A stretch of DNA of 61,273 bases, filler included, from Sphacelaria rigidula (taxonomy: Eukaryota), in NCBI GenBank assembly GCA_964200075.2. It is 5 parts of 5 records of this genome, joined end to end, with 100 filler letters (N's around TTAATTAATTAA, not from the genome) between each part and the next. Parts side by side here need not be neighbours in the genome. Positions count along the whole stretch, not along the records: positions 12,277 to 24,451 come from CAXNAA020004041.1; 4 more parts are not named here. One strand, 5' to 3'. The notes under the pieces were generated by a model. It did no database searches, was not told the DNA's origin, and was given only the letters and a program-made list of their open reading frames with translations. The position numbers and the translations under genes were made by a program. Of the stretch, positions 12,439-24,551 are shown in pieces. Every line of letters starts with the position of its first letter. Within the stretch, counting starts at the first letter, position 1.

Positions 12439-15400
12439 GATGTAGAAGATCCTTCGTTTCGAAACGTAACCTTCGACGAGCTGGTGGAGGCGTATAAGGA
12501 GCAGACCAGAGGACTTGTTGACGGCGGGGCAGACGTTGTGATGGTGGAAACAATCTTCGATACACTCAACGCGAAGGCAGCCGTGTTCGCCGTACGAGAG
12601 TAAGCAGGAGGGAAAGCAGAACGTACAAATTTCCTCGCGTGGTCGTGCTCGTTGTGACTTGATGAGTACATATCTCAGATACAGCGGTGTGACTATTGGC
12701 GTGGGTTACTTGAAATGTGGGTGTTTCTTGTGCTGTTGTGATTTCGACCTGTGTTAATCATTCTCATTTGATTTCGACATCATATGCTACTCTGTTCGGA
12801 TTTGTGTCGGAGTCTTGGTACAGTAGAATACCAACTTCAAGAGGTGGATATTCATTTGCTACCCGCTCGTGTTTTTTGCTTGACTTTTTTGTTGTCGATT
12901 ATTTCACACCGTGGACAATGAGACGACCACTATAGATTACATTCTCAAAAAGTTTACTGCGTGTAGTATTGACTGTTGCGTCTATTGCAATAGGCAACGG
13001 ATGCTATACTGTGCGCAGAACTCTTTTTGACAATGTGAGCTGTTGTCCAAGGTGTGATTCATTTACTTTGACTGCAAATTTGTACACGTCGAACGTGTCA
13101 TGACTCCAAGTGACTCGCGTCCGGGGCGTCATCCAGAGAGTGAGGACGAGTCCGGCTCGAGTCATCAGGTAGTGCCGAACAGGCAGTCATAGTCACAGTC
13201 ACCGTTGGACTCGTTCGACGTGTGCAAATCTTAATGTACCAAGTCCGTCACCTCTTTGTTCGTAAGTTTGCGATTCATATTTGCTGATTAATCCTGTCAA
13301 TTTGCCCGCGACACGACCTTGTTGTAATCCCTGCACCGGGACCCGGACTGCAATGTGAGGACCTTTATACCCTTTTCATTCTCTCTCGTCGTCGGTACAT
13401 CGTGAAACTTAGCTCTGCTTGTTTTACTCTCTGTTTACCACATTGAAGACATGTTAATTCATGTGTTGGCATCAACATGCGAAAAATGCAAAAGTGTTAG
13501 CATTGTCGTGACATACTGGGGGTTGTTTATAACGGTCGAGAGCTTGAATTTGCCCGCATATGTATTTGCACGCGAAAAATAACCGCGAGATCAAACATAT
13601 CCTCAAACATATACAAATCATGCAGGAGGGGGTTGGAAAATTCTCACCTCCTGAGTGCCAAGGTCATGCTGGCACATGACTTGCTTGTGGAGCCCCAGAA
13701 AGGCGAAGCTGAATGTGCTTTCAGAACCGTTTTGGGAATTTTCCGTCGACCCTGCAAATCATTCTTGAGCATGGTTGAAGCCGTTCCAGGTAGGGTTGCC
13801 TCGGATAAGAGAGCACCGGAAAGAGTGACCCATGTCGCCCCCCGTGGCAATGGTGGCGAAGCTAGCTTGCGATAAATACGTGGCGGTGTTTCCATTTGCA
13901 AGGTCAAAATGACGCATATAGGGCCGCAGTTTCTCCTATGGTTGATGACCGACTGCTGTTTGATGCATGATGGATTCATTGGTTTGCATGAGTACAATAG
14001 CGATTGCTGCTGTTTGTGGATGATGACGGAACATGAGAAGCGATTACTCATCACCTTGTTGACCGTTGTGGATGCTTGTACCCCACCACGAGGAGCTGTT
14101 GCTCTCTTTCCCTTGCTGTCTCACGGATGATGTTTCGGCACGTGAAGGGGTTGTCTTTCCTTCCCTGATCAGTAGAGTTTACCACTCGGTAGTTGACAGA
14201 TAGTTCTCGGAATTTCCCGGTTTGTGGACAAGTGTAGTATTGGATTTCAGTGTGAAAACCGAAATCCGGATCTCTGGAGGGAGCTATGCTCCTGGCGTGC
14301 TCCTAGTGTTCGCAGAACGCGTTTTTGTCTAAATCGGCGTCTGGGGCGCCGATTTGAGGTCTGGCAACGCACACTTCGCCTTCGCCTAGGGAACACGTTG
14401 CACCCCCCTTGCCCTAGGGTTCTCGGTATGTCTTCGCTGGGGTTGTGGTCAGGGTTAGAGTTAGTGTTGTTCGAAATGCATCAGCACCTGCACAAACCAT
14501 ATATTATCGAGAACTATCTGTCAACTACTGAGTGGTGAACTCACCTCTTTCTGATTGCCATTCTCAAACGGGTTGGAATTGTTTTCCCCCTTGCTGTATG
14601 AAGAGGATGATCTGACTCGAATATGGGTTGCTGTTCGTCTTTCTTTTTTCCTCCCTGAATGTATCATTTTGTCGGTGCCCCTGGTCAGGTACTTCGACGA
14701 AAACAATCTCACCGACATTCCTTTGATGGTGTCGGGAACTCTGGTGGACCAGTCGGGCAGGACCTTATCCGGTCAAACAACCGAGGTAAAAAGGCGGATC
14801 AATGCTTGTTGATGTACGTTGTTTTGGCCGGCAGATATAGTGTGTGTGTGTTGTCGTCCCATTTATTGTGGGCGCCAGTCTACACCTTTCTGTATATGTG
14901 GGCGCATTAGCCGGGGTCACACAGGAGAAAGGTCAACACAGGAGCTTTTTATTTTTATTTTTAGTACCTCACCTTCCTTCTGCTGTGCTTGCCTTTTATT
15001 TTTTACCGTGAGAAGGGTCCAGCAGTCCCTTTTCCTCGTCGACCGTTACGTCGAATTTTGTGTACCCACGACATGGTCGCTCCCCATTGTTGGGCACGGT
15101 GTAAGAAAAAATCCCAGATCGCTCCGGGAATCGAACCCCACTACTCGACCGTCAGAAGGTTACGAGGTTACCGACTGAGCCACCGGGGCGACCGGCTTAT
15201 ATATATATATATATATAGAATTGTACAAAATGGAGTCATTTTCCCGTGGCATCATACGTCACGTTGCTCCGGTTTTTCCCACTCGAGTTTTCGTCTTGAC
15301 TTCTCTTGGTATATTTACTTTGCAGTAAGTTAACATGAGAAGGCCCCATCTGCAGGGTCGCTGCTGCGGCGACGTGCCCCGCCCACCAGAGGAATGGTAT

Positions 15401-18400
15401 TCTGCGTGCATTGTTGCCCGGTAATGTTTCATTTTCGACCGTGGATCTGAACCATGGAGCTGGTGAGTACGATGAATCTAATTTTTTCTAGAAGTGGTCT
15501 GACTTGACATCTAGTGTACAAATGTATCTGCAGGAAGTACCTCGAGGTTTTTGGGATGGAAGGAAAGGGTCAGTTATCGTCAGCAAGTGAATCGAGATGG
15601 GGGTCTCGCTCAGGCTGCGAAGATGTTGAACGGTGAAACATGCATGGGGCAGTCAATTTGATTGACAGGTATTTGTCCCGAAACGGGTTTCAAGAGCCCT
15701 TTTTTTCTGCCTCTTTTTCTGGTCATGGTCCACAATGGTGCCGTTGTACCTTGTGATGTGGTACAATGTTCGCGGCGGAGACTGCTCAAATGTGTTGTGC
15801 TGCGCTGTGTTGTCGTGCCATCTATTCTGGACACCAGTCTACACTTTCCGGTATATTGTAGGAGCATCAGTCGAGGTCACACAGGAGGAAGGTCAACATG
15901 GGATTTTCCTTTTTTTTTTTCTCATTTTTGTTCTAGTTCTCCACCTTCCTTCTGCGGCGCTTGCCTTATTTTTTATCGCGAGAGAGTTGAACTGACGACC
16001 CAAGCGTCACAAGATTTCCAGGTTAATCAACACTTGAGCTACCGGGGAAATATACCGGATGAAGGACTAAATTACGTACAAGCGAATGTCCGAGGCGAAC
16101 GAGACATTCCTTTTCACGTGGGCGACACGTGCAACATGACATGATATCCTAAATGTATTCATGGTTCCCGTAAGAAAGAGACGGGAGGGCGATGCGGCGA
16201 CTACCTGTATACCAAACAAGACCCATGAATCACCCCAAATTTGTACGTGTCGGACGAAGAATACTGATAACTTCGCAAGCTAGAACCGGTTTAGAGAGAA
16301 AGGGGTGAACCCATCCATACGGGCACATAAACTTCAATATGTTTGGAGAAACATCTAACATTTGTCGAGCACAAGTTGTGGCTGGCCTCTACCGAAATCA
16401 ATCTTTTGGCTGTCACCATTCCTATATGATGGGGGTGCCACACTAAGCGTTGATTTAGAACCTAAATATCCTCGTTGAATCACACACCCATCGCCTGCCT
16501 TGAATGGAAAGGCGGGGAAAACTTCCGAAGTGTGTTGGTACAGGACAAGAAAACACATTGTTTTCTTTCTTTACATTTTTTCAACCCCAGTTCTCCTACT
16601 CAAGTTTTTTTCTTTTCTTTCCCCTGTTCCCGACGAAACATGCACGTCAATACATGCCAATACAGGGTTTTTACGTATCGATGCGCCATTGCAAGCCGTT
16701 CTGCCTCGGCCTGAACTGCGCGTTAGGCGCCAAGCAGATGCGTCCGTTCCTTCAGCGGCTATCCAAGGTGAGACATCCGTCGAAACAACTCGCAGAAATG
16801 GCACACGTATCACATTTACATTTTCTGACATGTTTGACATCGGGGGGTGGAGGGGGGGGGGGTCAGATTCGATAATTGTTCCAAAAGCAGGTCAAACCGA
16901 GATGAACCCCTGAAGCCCTCTGGCGTTGTTCACCTGTTGAATTGGGCATTTCGTTTAGCTTGAACGATTGCCAGGGACGATTGTTCATCTATTTTAGCGA
17001 GGCTCCAAGGGTCATTTTCTGTGATGACACATCTCTCGTGATCCCCGATTGGCGAACCACAACTGAGGCACACGTTGCGGGCTGTTGTGGGGACCTTACA
17101 CCGCAGATAGATGGGGCCGTACGCTTTTTCATGTTCTTTGGCGGGGTGCATGATATGTACTACCCATGCTACCAATGCATACAGAAGAATGAAACCCAAG
17201 CATTGAAATTTCGAAGAATCTTCCTGGGGTATTGATGTGTGCTTCAAGATGAACGAAATATGAATTCTGCTGGGTGATGGAGAATTCGGCAAAATTGTGT
17301 CACTTGGAGAAAAACGGATGGGACGGGAGTGGAGGGACGTATTGTAGGGTTGAAAACTCCCCCGTATACCACTTCATTACCGTTTGACGGCACAGAGGAG
17401 ATATGAGGGCAAGTACAGAGGGAGAGAAGTTTTATGTCGCCGTCTGTCTCTTGTCAGGATGCTTTTCATGCGTTGCAATATGCGTTTTCCCATCTTGATT
17501 CTGGTATGCGTGTTGTCTAGCTCTGGCGCATACGCAGGAGAAGGCTCAAATTCACGTCTAGTCTCGGAGAGGAAGGGCTGCGATGAAAGTAGTCAGAGAA
17601 ACGATATGTGCGACCAAGCCTCCTGGTTGTTGCTTACGGGGACGCCATTGTTGATATTTGAGCCTGACGCTCAGCAATTACCTTCCCAGTGGGTTTGGCA
17701 CAGTTTTTCTCTCGTCCAGTAGTTAGGGGTTATTATCCACCATCCAGTACGGTCATCATTCATCCAAGAGTCGAGTATTGGTCTCTGAGCACATTGTAGT
17801 TTTCACTCTAAACTTTGAACGAAATTTCATGTTGGAGAGGGCTTCATGCTTCTGCATCAATATCATGTACTTCATCAATCAACTCGCCACATCCACCCCG
17901 TTCTTACACAGCTCCCAGAACCATTTCTTCGATACTGATACATGCTAACTGTCGTGGACACCCGTGCGTCTGGCGCGGAACGATCCAGGTAGCCGAGTGT
18001 TTCGTGCATGTTTACTCCAATGCCGGACTGCCCAACGCGATGGGGGGTTACGACGATACACCCGAGGACATGGCTCGCGACAACCTGCCGTTCGCTGAGG
18101 AAGGCCTAATCAACATGCTCGGGGGCTGCTGTGGCTCTACCCCGGCCCATATCAAGGTCTGGAAAGAAAGTGTTGAATCTTATCTCCGTGTACAGTCCTC
18201 TCTTACATAAAACACATGTCATTCGTCTTTCTGATGTCCTTTTGACACCATTTCCGTTCGTTCACGTTGTTGGAAATCTCCATGTTGTGGCTTGTGGCTG
18301 TGGATTCAAAGGGAACCATTTTATGTCAAATTGGACGAACCGGTTCAGTCACCCAAGGAGGCCACATACTTCTTCTGGGGTTGAAGGCCGCTTCTTGTAG

Positions 18401-21400
18401 CCAACAACCGAAAATTTCCTGATGAAATGCCTTCTTGGTGTTTCTTCGTCGTTTTTCGCCCTAAAAGATAGCAAGGTGGTCTTTGACACCTTGGAATGAC
18501 TTGGTCTACTCCTTGAGGTGCTCCCAAGACATGCTCGCGTTTTCCGGTGGCCGCTGTTGTCATTCTGGCCGAACAAGCATGTTTTTCCAGAGACGGTCAA
18601 GTCCAGAGAAGAGTGGCATTTTTTTTCAAGATTTGACCGTTCTTGAACAAAAGTGCAAGTTTGGCCAAAATAAAAACTGCGGCCACCAGAAAACACGAAG
18701 ATGTCTTGGAACCGCCTCAACGAGTAGAGCAAGTCATTCCAAGGTGTCGGAGTCTGCCTAGTCATCTATTAAGGCGAAAAACGACGAAGGACTAAAGGGG
18801 GGGGGGGTGTTTTGCCGTGTGTCGGGTACGTACGGCAACGTAACCACGCCCCTCTTGGATTGATGTAATAACGTCTCTTCAGTTTATCCTGTTTGTCCCT
18901 ACGTTGGGCTTTGTGGCTGGTGTATTTGGTGTGCGTGTGTGTCTGTGCCGGTGTTTGCTCACCCATCTTCACTGCCGTTGCGACCACGGCTTGACAATGG
19001 TGCTGCTGCGTGAGTGGTACTGTTAACCTGGACAATACAGTAATGACTAAAATTGTGGCATGAGCATGACGGTGATGATGGTGATGGTGGATGGCGATGT
19101 TGATGGTGATGATATTAATAAGAACGCTAACGACAACGATAATGACGATGATATGTGGGGCAGGCGATGATGGAGGCAACAGTGCACCTGCCTCCGCGGC
19201 CGCTCCCCCCGCCCCGCGAGCCGTTCATGTGGCTGTCCGGCCTCGAAGACTTGGTCGTCACCAAGGAACGCTTCCAGTTCCTTAACGTGGGAGAGCGGTG
19301 AGTTGCTCGTAGTAGCAGTGTAGTTGTTGTTGTTGTTGTCGGTATCTTCGTTGTATTTTGGTCTTTTCTGGAATGCTCCAGATAAAAAAACTTCCCGTGT
19401 TCTGTCGTACACACGTGTGGCCAGCCGTGCCCCTGCCACAGAGGTGGGTTCACCCCCAGTTCGTCTACACAAATTCATGGTTCACAATTTTTTCAAGTAA
19501 TGGCCACGCTGACCCTAACCCCAAACCGATGCATATCGAGAGCCCTCGGGCGAGATAATTGAAAAAGATGTCGTAAGCAAAGCGCGCGTTTGCTTACCTC
19601 AAATCGCCGCGTGTGATGCTGATTTGGACAAGAACGCTCCCCGCGCACGCTAGGAAGCATATGTCATTGCCAGCCTCTGTACCTGTCCGAATATCGGTGT
19701 TCACACTGAGATCGAGTATGTTACAACCATGGGTTTGGGGCTACGAACGGGGGTACCTGTAGTGACATGGTGCCAAGTGGCCGCAATCACGATTCGGCCT
19801 GAAAGGCCAGACCGCTGCGTACAACGTGTGCCGGTCGGATTTTTTTTTTTTTCCTTGATGGAAGGAGGAAACCCAACCCAACACTTACCTCGCTGGCGAC
19901 CGAAACGATCGCGAGCGAGTTCGTGTGCCGGTCGGGTTTGTTCATGGGTCAATGCGCGAGCGCGTTGTCCCATGCATTGAATTTTCTTGAGCGCATGGCA
20001 GGCATGACGCTCTGCTGTAACAATAACTCGCTCTTTTGTCCCTTTACATGATGGCTACGTTTGCCTCCTCACTCCCTCTTGTTGTTGATCGCGTATGCTT
20101 TTTGCGCGTGTTGGAGGCGTTGAGTATTTGGTCGCGGTGTGCACACAGTTACAGCTAGCCGCAAGGCTTCTATACCAGGAATACAATATGCCACAATTCA
20201 CAAAGTTTGCGCGTTCTTTCCAGTTGTTAATCGCAAACATACGGCTCGTATTTTCATTTTCCGGTTGTGGAGAATGACCATGCATACGAATGTGTTTGTG
20301 CAGATACATGTACACACGGCGCAACGTTCTATCGTCGTAGTAGTATCAGCGTCAAATTTGCGTGTGTGCTGCCATGTTTTCGCTGTTACAAGAGGATAGA
20401 TAGCCTGCAATACTGCACATCCTAAACGTTGACGTTCCGTATGAATCGCTCCATCTGTTGGGGCTTGTGAGGATGACTCTCCGAGAGGAGATATTTTTCT
20501 TCAGTTGTTCATGTTCTGGTGGATTTGTTCAGCGCATCGACCTGTCTTATCACGTGCTATTAATAATGACGGTCGCGTCCATACGTTGTGTATTTGTGTT
20601 CGTGTTGCAGGTGTAACGTGTCCGGGTCGATAAGGTTTAAGAAGCTCATCCTCAAGGGCGACTACCAAACTGCGATGGACGTCGCCAAGCAGCAGGTGGG
20701 TTTTTGCGTGATGCTTTGATATGTTTGATCCTCTCTGCACATTGAGTCTTTTTTTTTTGCTGTAGCTGTTGTCAGCCCAGCGAGCACTGGGTCATGATCT
20801 ATTTTCGCCGCGGTGGACATGCGTGGAGCCGTGGCCACAGATGGCTGCGATTGGGCCGAATGTGCCGACCAGAAAGTATTTTTCAATAAGGTACTTGCAA
20901 ATGTGCCCCCGATATGAGGAGAAATGAACCGCCGCGGTACATTCGTCATGATTGATTGATTTGACCATGCCCTTGACCACGTCTTGATTTTTTTCCTCGT
21001 GAAGGTGTGTCGGTTGGCTTCAACCGTCTTGGGGGGGTCCGTTCTATTCTTTACATTTTGTTCTGTTCCAGGTGGAGGATGGAGCCATGGTAATCGACAT
21101 TAACTTAGATGATGGGCTGTTGGACGGCTTGGCGGCGATGCAGAAGTTCTGCAAGATTGCCGTTACCGAGCCGGACGTTAGCAAGGCAAGAGTTTTGGCC
21201 ATGAATTATGTTACGGCCCCATCCGAACTGATTGTGTTTCGTTTGCCATCTGTTGTTGGTCGTACTTGTGACTGCCCCAGTTCCTCCTCCCTCAAGATAA
21301 GTCCGAAGTCCGGAGAAATGAAGCGATATATCGTGTGAAACGTGATTGAGTGCTATTTTGAGAAGGTCGTGTTCTAAGCACCCAAAGCCCGGGAGAGAAC

Positions 21401-24370
21401 TGAGATCGTACACAACACCCAGACATTGAAAAAGGTATTACGATCCTACCTAACTCTGGCCTATATTGGGATGGAGGATTTTCGGGTAGAGGATGAAGAT
21501 AAGACGATCGGAATTGAAAATTCGCCTTGATCCTACCCAACACACGCTGGGAACATTGTCATGGACGAAGTCCACCTGAGATCGCATACGAAGGTATATC
21601 GCTTTCGCTGAAGGCGTTATACCTCGATGATCCACATAAGTCTCTGCCACCGTGGAGTCGGCCTCGCCTTGGAATGGACACCAACTTATGAAGAATTGGG
21701 GTCCCGGAGTCTTGGTGCACACATGGCGTTCCCTCACGCCACGCTGCCCTCGACCAGATATTCATTTTTTTGGCGGAACTGTATTTTGGTGCTTGTTTTT
21801 GTTTGTTTTATAATAGTGCGCATACGCACAGAGAAAGACTCGCATACTTACTACACAAAACTCGAGGGGGGGGTGTACTCAGAGGGGGGAGAGGGGGAAT
21901 CATGCAGGAATGGCCCATCTGCGACAGAAATTTTGTTGGCCAAGTCAAGGTAACCCTTGACCTGATTTGCTTCGATGTGCCGGCTTTTTCACTGCTTCCA
22001 ACCCACGAGCCATCGTTGTGCTTCCATTGTCCAAGGGGTTCTGCGATATGGAAGTATTGGTGGTTTATCCTCAATGTCACAGGGCAGTGATGATGGAAAC
22101 TCGTCCGCCTTTTCATCAGTAGACCTCCAGTCATACTTTTGTTTCTGCACCTTAGCCCCATGTCCCGAATCCGTGGTCACAGACCGCCTTTCTGTCGATG
22201 TTTTTTTTATCAGGGATTTGTGGAAAGCTTGAAAGCACACGCCTCACGCTGCTCACCATAGTAGGTACCTTTTTTGCGTTTCTGGCATCATACCTTTTTT
22301 GGGTGGCACGCCATCCTCCGCCGCACTCGTTCACTCGCCCACATGTACCTTGCATCATGTTCCTTCCTCAATCGACCCACGCCGAACCGCCTCGCCTTCT
22401 CCCCTGCTCCCCATGATTCGTTTTTTTTTTTTTCTACTCTCTTCTATTTCTTGTGGTGTCATCGTCCGCGCAAGTCGCTTCTGCGAGCAACCTGTTTTCA
22501 GGGCGTTGTCCCGGAGATCTGTCCATGGCTTCTCAGAGAATGTTCTCTGTACCGTTTTTAGTCGGGCACTACTTTTAGTCGCTCTTGTGTATTGATTTCC
22601 CTTTCTTTTTTCTTTTTTTTCGCTTCCTCTTGTGGCCATTTTTTGTACTATTGGCTTGTGTGGGTGTTTTTCCCTTATCTTGTTATCGTCATTTTCTTAT
22701 TTTCATTGCCCCTCCCCCCACTGGTCATTGCCCATCTCAGGTCCCTTTTATGATTGACTCTTCCAAGTTCCACATCGTGGAGGCCGGACTGAAGTGGGTT
22801 CAGGGCAAGAGTATCGTCAACTCTATCTCCCTCAAGGTAACGGCAAGATTTTCGAGTCGTTCACGTGCACACATGGTTCAGTCATTCATCTGGTGTTGGG
22901 TCATACACTCGTCTATCGGGAACAGATCAAATATCACGTTGTGCGGTTTGCATTAAATTGATCAACGGAAGCCCTTCTGCCTTCTTGTACTGGTGCACTT
23001 GTTTTTTTGTTCTTGTATGTATGTGTTTACCCAGTTTTTTGTGTGGTAATTATATCAGCATGCGAGAAACAAGCTCGCAAAGAGGGAAGCATGGTGAAAA
23101 AAAATCATGACGCGAGTGTGTTTGTTGGTCAAGTTGGTTGTAGTGTGTACCGTTTTTTTCGCGCCATGTATTTCTTTCGGTGCTGAGAGGTGTCATGCGT
23201 GTCATGATCCAGAAGAAGAGAAGCGTGACACGAAGAAACACCCCGAAACAGTTTCCAGTGACGTTTGACAGCACCTCTCTTTTTCAATTTTTTTTTTCCT
23301 CTCATCGTAAAAGTAGCATATACAGCTATTGTCGCGAGGACTGGTTGCGTTTGTGTTTGTGTTATGTGTGTTTTTTGATTGATTCCGTCATAAGCAAGAT
23401 ACAACATACACACGCCGCTAAAGAGAGGGGAGAATGTGATGTGAAGTGTGATGGGCATCACTTCCATGTCCAGGCACTGGTTGGTTTGTGTTATTTCATG
23501 GCGCAGCACTCCTCACGCGGAAATTTGGATGCCAAGAAAGTCTTGTCAAGGACTTGACATGGCGGATATTTCTATTGGTGAGGATGTGAGTTGAAGCCTC
23601 CGAACACGTGAAAACATTTCATGATAACGACGATTTGAGCTATCAAGCCCTTTTCTCGAAACCGAAAAGGGATGAACCCGAAGCCCAGGCATTGGCAAAA
23701 AGCTCATGAGTATAAACGTTTTGTTTCAGTCCAGTGCAAACTGATTCCGGGGCGAGGATGACGGATATGCCCTTGTTTTCCTTTTTCTTCGTATATATGT
23801 CTGAAGTAATGGAAAGTTATACGAGTGCATGTGTTTTTTATTGTCAGTGATGTGGCTCCAGCCGCTTGAGCACGCAAAGCGTCCGTCGCTGAAGTTAAGT
23901 CAAGGGTGTACCGTCTGGATTTTTGGTCACGATGCACAGTTTTTTTGTTCGTTGTTTTCACGTCTTTTTTTTCAGCGAGCGTTTGTTCGATTACCGTGGA
24001 AACACCTCGTCCATCATGTATCTAATGAGCAGGGCTGAATCCCTCTTGTGGATAATGATCAGTTAATGTGCGATAATCAACCAACTAATATATCCATCAA
24101 TCTGGGCGATTACTTCAATGCAGAGCAGAAAAAAAAACCTAAAATGAACCAGACCAAACGGCTGCTGCTGGAGTGGGATGATGACTGCTCCGTTTTCCAA
24201 TATGTCCGTTATCACAGGTGGGAGAGGAAGAGTTCAAGCGGCACGCGAGGATCGTAAAGGCGCACGGCGCCGCGGTGGTTGTGATGGCCTTCGACGAGGC
24301 CGGGCAGGCGGCGGACTGCGAGAACAAAGTGCGCATCTGCAAGCGCTCCTACGATATCCTCGTCGACGAG
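12439..24370 (+). CDS. METH: Cobalamin-dependent methionine synthase, partial: homocysteine-binding domain C-terminal part and pterin-binding domain
   Basis: Nine phase-consistent exons: 12439-12599, 14689-14785, 16666-16767, 17989-18156, 19164-19297, 20611-20695, 21072-21185 (GC donor), 22741-22836, 24218-24370. Motifs: [44 protein letters not shown] and GGCCGSTP (Zn-ligand cysteines), [50 protein letters not shown]. Confidence 0.96.
12904..13057. mobile_element. MITE family A, copy 1 (TIR ~TCACACCTTGGACA)
   Basis: tcacaccgtggacaa ... ttgtccaaggtgtga inverted termini; related copies at 35372-35517 and 50466-50637. Confidence 0.65.
13077..13230. mobile_element. MITE-like element with ~18-bp TIRs
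   Basis: tttgtacacgtcgaacg ... cgttcgacgtgtgcaaa inverted termini; no ORF. Confidence 0.5.
14840..15196 (-). mobile_element. tRNA-derived SINE, apparently full length
   Basis: Minus strand begins gccggtcgccccggTGGCTCAGTCGGtaacc... with A box and B box GGTTCGATTCC, then a ~270-bp body ending in a (CA)n tail. Homologous copies at 15795-16048 and 49101-49175. Confidence 0.75.
15795..16048 (-). mobile_element. Internally deleted, degenerate copy of the same SINE
   Basis: Shares ccagtctacac, ggtcacacagga..aaggtcaaca and ccaccttccttctgc..gcttgcct blocks with 14840-15196; decayed tRNA-like head. Confidence 0.65.
18441..18791. mobile_element. Long foldback/MITE family B, copy 1
   Basis: Imperfect ~350-bp palindrome (cttcgtcgtttttcgcc..gacaccttggaatgactt / aagtcattccaaggtgtc..ggcgaaaaacgacgaag); same family as 54871-55356. 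Confidence 0.7.
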
Positions 24371-24451
24371 GTAGGTGTCGCCAGAGAGAGAGAGCACCAG
24401 ACTAGTGCCGAGATTGCCCCCCCACAAAAGGTGCACCGGAGACCGTCCGAC

Positions 24452-24551
24452 NNNNNNNNNNNNNNNNNNNNNNNNNNNNNNNNNNNNNNNNNNNNTTAAT
24501 TAATTAANNNNNNNNNNNNNNNNNNNNNNNNNNNNNNNNNNNNNNNNNNNN
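24452..24551. other. Artificial scaffold spacer N44-TTAATTAATTAA-N44
   Basis: Identical 100-bp spacer. Confidence 0.98.

Noticed and set aside
15121..15196. Possible tRNA gene (also 49101-49175)
   Set aside because: Cloverleaf stems are not intact and the sequence continues into a repeated SINE body.
21400..22640. Possible hAT transposase remnant (minus-strand [12 protein letters not shown] near 21555-21590)
   Set aside because: Single weak motif requiring frameshifts; needs a profile search.
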